In this document: in pieces, positions 6,462 to 13,072 of the stretch | Layout of the letters: each line of letters opens with the position of its first letter | Numbering within the stretch: the stretch's first letter is position 1 | NCBI GenBank assembly: GCA_043808785.1 | Contig: JAZDEL010000009.1 | Span: forward strand, 150,001 to 182,000 | Source of the DNA: Candidatus Iainarchaeum sp. | GTDB taxonomy: Archaea; Iainarchaeota; Iainarchaeia; Iainarchaeales; JAZDEL01 | Length of the DNA: 32,000 nucleotides | Direction of reading: 5' to 3' | Notes under the pieces: model-generated | The model's input: only the letters and a program-made list of their open reading frames with translations | What the model was told of the DNA's origin: nothing | Databases searched by the model: none | Position numbers and translations under genes: made by a program

Positions 6462-7384
6462 AGAATCCCCCCGAGTTTTGCCCCCTTTTCAAGGCAAAGT
6501 TCGTAGCACCTGCTTTGCATTGCGATTTCGCTGCACAAATTAAAAACTGCAACTGTTTTCCCCCTGCTTTTGTTCATGTGTATCGCGCACCCCATTAGCA
6601 TATGCAAGGCCTCGGCTTTCGGCAGTTCCGATTTTGAATTCCCGCGGCCTTTCTTTAGGAATAGGACTGAATCCATTTTAATGCCTTTGTTACTGCCGCG
6701 GTTCCCTGCAAGTGCGCCCCTGCCCCCCCAGAAGGGCGTGCCGAAAACGCGCAGCGTTTTGTTGACTTTGCGTATTGCGCAAATTTCATCATTAAGCACA
6801 AGCAGGCTCCTGCGGTTTGCCATTGAAATTGTTGTTTTGCCTGCCCCGCTCCTCCCCGGGAAAAGGAAGGCGCGGTTTCCCTTTGCAAGTGCGGCAGCAT
6901 GCACAAGCATGCCGCCCCTCTCGGCAAGGAAAAAGGAGAAGCAGTTCCTGAGGAAGACATCCACATTGTCCTCCTGCCCCTTATGCACCCAGACCTTCCC
7001 CGCGCTATTTCCTGCATCAATCATGCCGCGAATAAACCCGCATTCAATGAAAAGCTTCTTCCCTTTTGCATTTGTGAATATTGTTGTGTTTTCCCTGCTT
7101 CCTATGCCGTTGGAAACGGCAACCTCGACGCAAAAATGCGGCTTTTGTTTTGAGCGGAAATCCCTGTACTGCTTGCCTATGTAAGAAATGATTTCCGGGC
7201 TGTCAGACATTATGCGTGTGCAGATTCCCGCAACTTCAACAAGGCGCGTTTCGCAGTTTTTCGGGGGCGAAAAATTCCTGAATTCAATCTCACGCTCAGC
7301 CATTGGGAACAGCGGCGGCGGCAGGAAATTTTTTTGCATTGCCATATGAAACACAACATCAAAAATACAACATCGAACCAACAT
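6458..7384 (-). CDS. HPr kinase/phosphorylase-related kinase (HprK-related, RiPP-associated type)
   Basis: MLVHAAALAKGNRAFLFPGRSGAGKTTISMA...LVLNDEICAI matches the HprK C-terminal domain pattern (hHAsav...G.a.ll.G.SGaGKST...l.sDe). It is the first gene of the minus-strand operon. Confidence 0.75.
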   Translation of the reverse strand: MLVRCCIFDVVFHMAMQKNFLPPPLFPMAEREIEFRNFSPPKNCETRLVEVAGICTRIMSDSPEIISYIGKQYRDFRSKQKPHFCVEVAVSNGIGSRENTTIFTNAKGKKLFIECGFIRGMIDAGNSAGKVWVHKGQEDNVDVFLRNCFSFFLAERGGMLVHAAALAKGNRAFLFPGRSGAGKTTISMANRRSLLVLNDEICAIRKVNKTLRVFGTPFWGGRGALAGNRGSNKGIKMDSVLFLKKGRGNSKSELPKAEALHMLMGCAIHMNKSRGKTVAVFNLCSEIAMQSRCYELCLEKGAKLGGIL

Positions 7385-7417
7385 GAAGGCAGTTCCAAAA
7401 ATAATTAAAACAAAGGT

Positions 7418-7427
7418 TTTAATATAA
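7418..7427. promoter_or_regulatory. TATA box (TTTAATATAA) in the divergent spacer between the kinase operon and the Cys-rich protein gene
   Basis: The centre at 7422.5 gives a minus-strand TSS near 7396, 12 nt before the ATG at 7384. The same decamer TTTAATATAA recurs at 16621-16630 upstream of the ABC operon. Confidence 0.4.
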
Positions 7428-7480
7428 CGGATTGCTAACTAATTACGAACTAATTGCGCTGTAATTGTGTCGGTAATTAT

Positions 7481-8341
7481 ATGGGGCTAAAACTGAGGAA
7501 ATCTTGGCTTGTACTGCCCGTGGCAGTGGCTGCGCTCGCGGTGATCATTGCGGCGGAACTCCTCTGGCTGAACCCCGATGCGGCGGAGGGGGACGGTTTA
7601 GCGGGGCCGCTTGGTTTGGATGCGGGAGGGCTTACTGCAAACGACCAGAACAAGGAAATTTGCGGGGAGGGATACTATTACACAATTGAGTTTGACTGCT
7701 GGCAGAAAAAGGACAATCGCTTCTGTTACGGGGTGAGGGAAAACCCCGCAGGTTACTGTGCCGGGCCGAGCAACTGCGGCGTGTCAGGCTGCTGCCCTAA
7801 CCCGAATGACTGCAGGATGGATGGGCGTTGCTATGTCTCCGGAAAAGTCTTTACCGGGGACATGTTAGGCATAATGTGTTATGAGGGAAAATTCGGCCTC
7901 TGCCGTGAGGATGACGTATGCGAAGAGGTAGGGGGTTATTACTGTACCGGGGATACGTGGGTGGAGGAAGAGCCTGCAAATTGCGAGGGCGGGATTTCAA
8001 TCAAGCCGCCGGAGCCCGAGGATAGCAATGCGGGTACTGAACCAAAAGGCGACTGCCCCGAAGGCGAATTTTACCGCGGCGAGTGGGACTGTTTCGAGCG
8101 GGGGGATGATGAAAAGTGCGGCTCCGCGGATGCGGGGCACGGATGCTGCGCTTCCGAGGGGCAGTGCTGGTTCGGGGGAAGGTGCTATGCGGGGGGGAAG
8201 CCGCTTTCTGAAAGTTCGGAGTGGATATGCACGGAAGGGATGTGGGATAAGTGCATTGCTGATGACAGGTGCGAAAAACAGGGCACGTACCTGTGCAATG
8301 GGCTGGTGTGGTCTGCCCTGGCGCCCGAGGGGTGTGAATGA
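7481..8341 (+). CDS. Secreted/anchored cysteine-rich protein with an internal tandem duplication
   Basis: The ATG at 7481 gives MGLKLRKSWLVLPVAVAALAVIIAAELL, a signal or anchor sequence. Two homologous ~100-aa modules follow, each with about 11-13 Cys: C(G/P)EGxxY...(F/W)DC(W/F)...CC...GRCY..GK...C.EG...C..DD.CE..G.Y.C.G..W...P..CE. Confidence 0.75.
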   Translation: MGLKLRKSWLVLPVAVAALAVIIAAELLWLNPDAAEGDGLAGPLGLDAGGLTANDQNKEICGEGYYYTIEFDCWQKKDNRFCYGVRENPAGYCAGPSNCGVSGCCPNPNDCRMDGRCYVSGKVFTGDMLGIMCYEGKFGLCREDDVCEEVGGYYCTGDTWVEEEPANCEGGISIKPPEPEDSNAGTEPKGDCPEGEFYRGEWDCFERGDDEKCGSADAGHGCCASEGQCWFGGRCYAGGKPLSESSEWICTEGMWDKCIADDRCEKQGTYLCNGLVWSALAPEGCE

Positions 8342-8407
8342 TAGGTTTTTATATAAGTAAAGAGGATATTTAAACTGTAAAATGCAAATGCACAGGCCGT
8401 TGGGAAC

Positions 8408-8908
8408 ATGGCAAAGGCGCGGGCTGGAAAAGGATTCGGCGGCTTCGCTGCTGCATGCGCGGTTTTTTTGGCGCTGATGTTTGCCGTGCTCGCGGCAAAT
8501 TATTTCTATTTCAAGGAGGTTCCGCTGAAAACCCCGATAGTATGGGCGCTCGAGCCTGTTGCGCACATGCTTGTAATTATTGCGCTGTTCATGTTCTTTG
8601 CAAGGATGCGGCTAAATGATATGCCCGCATTTTTCACGGGATTTGCAAAAAGGTGGCCTTACCTGCTCATAGGCGCTGTGCTTGTCTGGGCAAGGTATTC
8701 CGTTGGAACGTTCGAGTTTTCAAAATACCTCACCGCCGCGGGCATCGCATCCCTAGGGCTTTTCGTTTTCGGCTTCAAACGCCTGAGAAGCCTGCGCAGG
8801 CGCTACGAGAGGGAGCTTATCCTTGCCGCACTTGCATACCTCTTCCTCCGGGTTGTGTTCGGGCTCGATTCGGTTATTTATTCCATGCTCATGATGCTGT
8901 TTGGGTAA
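8408..8908 (+). CDS. Hypothetical integral membrane protein (about 5 TM helices)
   Basis: The ORF is hydrophobic throughout, with positively charged loops (RLRSLRRRYERE). It is followed by oligo-T tracts. I recognised no family. Confidence 0.6.
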   Translation: MAKARAGKGFGGFAAACAVFLALMFAVLAANYFYFKEVPLKTPIVWALEPVAHMLVIIALFMFFARMRLNDMPAFFTGFAKRWPYLLIGAVLVWARYSVGTFEFSKYLTAAGIASLGLFVFGFKRLRSLRRRYERELILAALAYLFLRVVFGLDSVIYSMLMMLFG

Positions 8909-8948
8909 CCGAAAAAACAAAAAACGTAACCAAAAAACAAAAAAACGA
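8907..8948. repeat. Two tandem 21-nt A-rich units (AACCGAAAAAACAAAAAACGT / AACCAAAAAACAAAAAAACGA)
   Basis: Read directly from the sequence. The repeat starts within the stop codon of the 8408-8908 gene. Confidence 0.7.
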
Positions 8949-8957
8949 ACGCGCCGG

Positions 8958-8981
8958 TTTTTTTGGGGGGGTTATTTTTTT
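8958..8981 (+). terminator. Oligo-T tracts (T7 ... T7), archaeal-type intrinsic terminator
   Basis: GGTTTTTTTGGGGGGGTTATTTTTTTG lies 50-70 nt downstream of the stop at 8908. Oligo-T runs are the usual archaeal termination signal. Confidence 0.5.
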
Positions 8982-9018
8982 GTGCGGATAGCGGGGCGGA
9001 AGCGCATGCCCCGAATAC

Positions 9019-9033
9019 TAAATTATATATATA
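9019..9033 (+). promoter_or_regulatory. TATA box (TAAATTATATATATA)
   Basis: The centre near 9026 places the TSS near 9053, 7 nt before the ATG at 9060. Confidence 0.5.
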
Positions 9034-9059
9034 CGTATGCCATAATCTAATTGAAAAAT

Positions 9060-12000
9060 ATGGATAATAAGGGTTATCCGCGCACTGCGGGCAGAGGCGC
9101 GGGAAGGGGCTTTGCGGGAAAAAGCCGCGCAGGGGGCTTTGCGTTATTTTTGCTGGCAGTTGCAGTGCTCGCGCTTGCCTCTTATGCAGGCGCCTTCTGC
9201 ATAACCAATGCCGAGTGTGCGGCAATAAAATGCCCGCCAGCGGCGAACAAGGACACAACGCTCTGCAACAGCAAAACAGGGCAGTGCTACTGCGGGCCGA
9301 AAACCTGCGGGAACCTCGGCTGCGACAGGGGGGAAAACTTCATAAACTGCCCGTCGGAGTGCGCTGCAGGCTGCGGAAACCTCAGCTGCGAGCTCGGGGA
9401 AAACGGCAGGAACTGCCCCGCTGACTGCAGGGCTGTGTGCGGCAACAAGGTGTGCGAAACAGGGGAAACCGAATCAAGCTGCTTCTCGGACTGCGGGGGG
9501 AAACTGGACTGCTGTGAATATTCCACTGATGCGTATGCGGGCAAGGGGGCGTGCGTGTTATACTGCGCTGTGTGCGGCGACGGCTACTGCGACAGGCAGA
9601 GGGGCGAGGACAGGCTGACCTGCAGCAGGGATTGCGGAATGGCGGGCTGCGGCGACGGCATATGTGGAGCGGATGAGGACGCGCTGAACTGCCCTGCCGA
9701 CTGCCCGAAGGCGGAACTGGCGTGCGACGTGAACGCGCACTGCAATAAGCTTCCGAGCTGCAATTACGCGCCGCACGAGGAGAACATATATTACCTTGCT
9801 GAAAAGCCTGTCTTTAATGTGTGCAGCTGCATCACGGGAATGTGCGCAATAACCCTGCGCGCCCGCGATATTTGCGGCGACGGGTTCTGCAGCAGGGACG
9901 AGAGTTGCGACCCGACATTCGACAATTTCTGCAACCAGGACTGCGGAACATGCAGGCTTCCGGACCTTGCACTGGCGGGGCTGGAGGCCGACAAGGCTGT
10001 CGCTGAAAGCGGGGAAGGGGTTGCAATAACCGCCGCAGTAGAGAACCTCGGCTCAAAGGAGGCGGGCAAGTTTTCAATCTCGGTTTTCAGGGGAAGCGAG
10101 GGCGGGCAGATGCTTGAAACAGCGGAAATCCCCGGGCTGTTCCTTACCCCCGGAACAGGCGAAGAAAAGGTAGTAAGGTTCGGGAGCGAGGGGCAGCAGG
10201 GCGTGGCGCCGCTTGCAGTGGAGTTCGAATTCAGGGCTGAAGAGGGGAAGACTGTCGAGAGGTACGACCTTGATTTCGACGGGGATGGGACTTTCGACCT
10301 TTCGCTGAAGCCGCCTGTTTCAAAGGTTTCGCACACATACGGAAAGCCCGGCTTTTACAGGGCCACGACAACCGTAAGGTATGCCGACGGCAGCGGCGGG
10401 GAGAGCAGCGCGAACATAACCGCGCTTGAGCCGCAGCTGAGGCACACATTTAATCTTGACACAACAGGGATGTGTGGGGAGGTTCTGCTTGTCGTGAAGG
10501 CGGATGCGGAAGGGATTATTTCCGAGGCGAGCAGGGAGAACAACAGCAGGGCAATAGCGCTTAACATAAACTGCCCTGCGCTGCCCGTTGCTGTGTTCAC
10601 GGTTTCTCATGAGGGTAGGTTTGCGAAGTTTGACGCTTCCGCATCGCACAGCGATGAGGGCGATATCGTGCAATACAGGTGGGATTTTGGGGGCGGAAAA
10701 ACAATTGAAGCGGCGGATGCAATTGCGGAGCACACATATGAAACGGACGGCAATTTTTCAGTGAAGCTTGTTGTAGTGAATGCAGGCGGCAAGAAGGGCG
10801 CCGCTATCAAAAATGTTGTTGTCGGCACCCCCCCAAGCGCGAAAATAAGGCTCACTAATGGCAGCGGAATCGTGCCGCTGAAGATAGGGGCTGATGCCTC
10901 TGCGTCCTCCGACAGCGACGGGGAAATAGTTTCATACGCCTGGAAGTTCGGGGACTTGGAAAGCGCTGAGGGCATTCAGGCTGAGCACACATACCTCTCC
11001 CCCGGAGTTTACTCCCTGCTGCTCGAGGTTGTCGATGATGCGGGCCTGAGGGGAAGCGCTGTTTCGGAGGTTGTTGTTTTCGGCTCGCAGAAGGCGGACA
11101 TTGCCATAAAAATGCCGGCGCAGCCGGGCGATGTGGAACGGGAAAATGAAATTACTCTTGAGTTTTTGCTTTCAAACATCGACGGCGGGAATGCGGGGGC
11201 ATTTGATTTAGTGCTGAGGGAAGGGAAGCCCGACGGGAAAGAAGTCGCAAGGGAAAGCGTGCAGGGCATTAAATCAACGGAGTCCGTAACCGTAAAACTG
11301 AAAATAAAAACTCCCGAGGACCTCGGGCCCGTGGATTATTATGTTGTTGCCGACCCCGAAGACAGGGTAAGGGAATCGAACAAACGCGACAATGTGCTGC
11401 AGATTAGCCTGAATGTCATCCTGCCCGAGATTTGCGGCAACGATACGGATGATGATATCGACGGCTATGTGGATGAGGGCTGCGGGGTAAGCGTTGAGGT
11501 ATGCGCGAACAAAATCGACGATGATGGGGACGGGAAAATTGACGAGGGCTGCACGTGGACAGAGGCAATACTTGAGGGCGGGCATCTCATTGTTTCCGCA
11601 AAGGAGGAAGTGGTTACTGGGGAGCGGGCTGTTGTTGAGGTAAGCCACCCTCGGCTTGGGCCTGTTGAGGGTGCGGAACTTAAAATTATTTCACCGCAGG
11701 GGAAGGAAACGCGGCTGGCAACGGACAGCGAAGGGAAAGCCGTGCTTATGCTGAACGAGGTCGGGGAATACGCGCTTGTTGCGACAAAATACACGCTCAG
11801 GACAAGCCAGGGGCTGGCTGCGGTTTCGCAGGCAATGATTGCGGAAAGGCTTGCCAAAGTCCTGCCTGTTGCGCTGTTCGGGCAGGTTGCAATCGACCAG
11901 CCGCTGCTGATAATGCTGCTGCTTGCTTTGTGCGCGCTTGTTGCTGTGCTTGTTTTCGAGAGCGCGGAGCGGCTCTTCACAGAGGCGGAGTATGTGCCTG

Positions 12001-12221
12001 CCGAGGCACGGCAGAAGAGGGCGTTGAAATATGCCCTTGCGCTTGCGGTTGCAGCGGTGCCGCTGCTGATTAACAAGGTATACGGCTTTGAATTCGGCAC
12101 TGGAGTTGCCGCGGCAGGCCTGCTTGCAATGCTTTTCATCACATACAGCGCAAGAAAGGTCGACAGGCCCTGGGAAGCGGAGGGAGAACAAAGGCAGGAG
12201 GAAATGTTCCCGCCGGAATGA
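9060..12221 (+). CDS. Giant secreted, C-terminally membrane-anchored surface protein: Cys-rich CG(D/N)(G/L)xC repeats, CARDB-like and PKD domains, DxDxDG Cys motifs
   Basis: The signal-like segment is FALFLLAVAVLALASYAGA.
At least 6 modules of the type CGNLGCDRGENFINCPSEC, CGNLSCELGENGRNCPADC, CGNKVCETGETESSCFSDC, CGDGYCDRQRGEDRLTCSRDC, CGDGICGADEDALNCPADC and CGDGFCSRDESC follow.
There are CARDB-like segments (PDLALAGLEADKAVAESGEGVAITAAVENLGSKEAGKF and DIAIKMP...LSNIDGGNAGAF).
There are three PKD-like repeats (DLDFDGDGTFD...HTYGKPGFY, YRWDFGGGKT...HTYETDGNFSV and YAWKFGD...HTYLSPGVYSL).
A CGNDTDDDIDGYVDEGC / CANKIDDDGDGKIDEGC pair and 2-3 C-terminal TM helices complete the protein.
The ATG at 9060 is preferred to the TTG at 9051. 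Confidence 0.9.
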   Translation: MDNKGYPRTAGRGAGRGFAGKSRAGGFALFLLAVAVLALASYAGAFCITNAECAAIKCPPAANKDTTLCNSKTGQCYCGPKTCGNLGCDRGENFINCPSECAAGCGNLSCELGENGRNCPADCRAVCGNKVCETGETESSCFSDCGGKLDCCEYSTDAYAGKGACVLYCAVCGDGYCDRQRGEDRLTCSRDCGMAGCGDGICGADEDALNCPADCPKAELACDVNAHCNKLPSCNYAPHEENIYYLAEKPVFNVCSCITGMCAITLRARDICGDGFCSRDESCDPTFDNFCNQDCGTCRLPDLALAGLEADKAVAESGEGVAITAAVENLGSKEAGKFSISVFRGSEGGQMLETAEIPGLFLTPGTGEEKVVRFGSEGQQGVAPLAVEFEFRAEEGKTVERYDLDFDGDGTFDLSLKPPVSKVSHTYGKPGFYRATTTVRYADGSGGESSANITALEPQLRHTFNLDTTGMCGEVLLVVKADAEGIISEASRENNSRAIALNINCPALPVAVFTVSHEGRFAKFDASASHSDEGDIVQYRWDFGGGKTIEAADAIAEHTYETDGNFSVKLVVVNAGGKKGAAIKNVVVGTPPSAKIRLTNGSGIVPLKIGADASASSDSDGEIVSYAWKFGDLESAEGIQAEHTYLSPGVYSLLLEVVDDAGLRGSAVSEVVVFGSQKADIAIKMPAQPGDVERENEITLEFLLSNIDGGNAGAFDLVLREGKPDGKEVARESVQGIKSTESVTVKLKIKTPEDLGPVDYYVVADPEDRVRESNKRDNVLQISLNVILPEICGNDTDDDIDGYVDEGCGVSVEVCANKIDDDGDGKIDEGCTWTEAILEGGHLIVSAKEEVVTGERAVVEVSHPRLGPVEGAELKIISPQGKETRLATDSEGKAVLMLNEVGEYALVATKYTLRTSQGLAAVSQAMIAERLAKVLPVALFGQVAIDQPLLIMLLLALCALVAVLVFESAERLFTEAEYVPAEARQKRALKYALALAVAAVPLLINKVYGFEFGTGVAAAGLLAMLFITYSARKVDRPWEAEGEQRQEEMFPPE

Positions 12222-12269
12222 TGTTCTTCGGGTGCAGAAAGTTTATTCCCAAAGTCTGCCGAATTTGCC

Positions 12270-12713
12270 CTACTCCGCGCTTGCCCCGCTTCCCTTTATC
12301 CAGAAAAAGGCTTCCTGCCCGCTTCCACTGTATGACGCCACAACCCTTATTTTGAAAGGGTATGTTCGAAGTTCGGCAGGCACGTCAAGGGCTGCGGGAA
12401 CTTCAATGCTTTTCCCCGCAGGAACGAAAATATCCCCGCTCTTTATCAGCGTGCCCGCTGCAAAGAACCTGACGGCGTAATTCATGTCCCTGCCCTCCCG
12501 GTTTTCAATGCCGTATGTGAATACTGCCTTTCCGCCCCTTAGATAGCTGTCCCAGCTGTCGTGCACAAGGTAAACCGCTGTGCCGTGTTCTGGCTCATTG
12601 TAAGCGAGCATAACAAGCAGGGCAACAAGGCTGCCGGCTATAATAAGCGCAACGGTTGCCCTAAAAGCGAGGTTAACCAGTTCAGTATTTTCCTTTTCAG
12701 TTGCTTGGTTCAT
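12270..12713 (-). CDS. DUF1616-like protein, C-terminal half (one TM helix plus a beta-rich extracytoplasmic domain)
   Basis: The sequence is MNQATEKENTELVNLAFRATVALIIAGSLVALLVMLA, then TAVYLVHD...AVFTYGIENREGRDMNYAVRFF...IKSGDIFVPAGKSIEVPAAL. This resembles the C-terminal part of archaeal DUF1616 proteins (from recall). Its ATG overlaps the upstream stop (ATGA at 12710-12713). Confidence 0.6.
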   Translation of the reverse strand: MNQATEKENTELVNLAFRATVALIIAGSLVALLVMLAYNEPEHGTAVYLVHDSWDSYLRGGKAVFTYGIENREGRDMNYAVRFFAAGTLIKSGDIFVPAGKSIEVPAALDVPAELRTYPFKIRVVASYSGSGQEAFFWIKGSGASAE

Positions 12714-13072
12714 TTTAAAGGCCTCACAATGCATATCGCGTAAAGGAATACTGCTTCCGCCCCGACAACAATCGCGCTGTTCAGGAAGTTCATGGGCAGA
12801 TTAAGGATGAAATATGAAACAAGCACGCCGAAAACAACCGAAGGCACGGACAATGCGATTGCAAGCATAATTGTTTCAGCAAGCCCTGTCTCCCTCCGCA
12901 GCATTGCCGAGCACAACAGCGCGCCCACAGGGAAGAAAACAAGGTAAATTCCGAGCAATGCCTGCAGGTCGCGCAGCATTGCCATGCCTGAGAGGCGTAT
13001 TGCGGCAATCGCGAGAAGCGAAACTACGGCGCTTGCGAAAACAAGCGTGTCAGCGGTTCGGGACATAAACAT
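12710..13072 (-). CDS. DUF1616-like protein, N-terminal membrane half (4 TM helices)
   Basis: LLGIYLVFFPVGALLCSAMLRRETGLAETIMLAIALSVPSVVFGVLVSYFILN resembles the N-terminal TM block of DUF1616 (vlf.PGyal...l...erl.ls.glS). It overlaps the upstream gene end by 23 nt. Confidence 0.55.
   Translation of the reverse strand: MFMSRTADTLVFASAVVSLLAIAAIRLSGMAMLRDLQALLGIYLVFFPVGALLCSAMLRRETGLAETIMLAIALSVPSVVFGVLVSYFILNLPMNFLNSAIVVGAEAVFLYAICIVRPLK

Noticed and set aside
4168-7384. Calling the locus a conventional lasso peptide cluster
   Set aside because: No asparagine-synthetase-like cyclase (C protein) ORF is present anywhere in the window. The candidate core also has no Asp or Glu at positions 7-9 to form a macrolactam. 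Only the B1/B2 and kinase parts are lasso-like.
9196-11552. Diversity-generating retroelement target (variable or template repeat pairs) in the surface protein genes
   Set aside because: There is no reverse transcriptase ORF in the window. I could not find a near-identical ~100-nt template/variable repeat pair differing at adenines. The repeats seen are diverged protein modules.
11465-12142. The 225-aa Ser/Thr/Ala-rich minus-strand ORF, and the 204-aa plus-strand ORF at 6570-7184
   Set aside because: They are antisense to the giant surface protein gene and to the HprK-like kinase gene respectively, and their composition is low-complexity.
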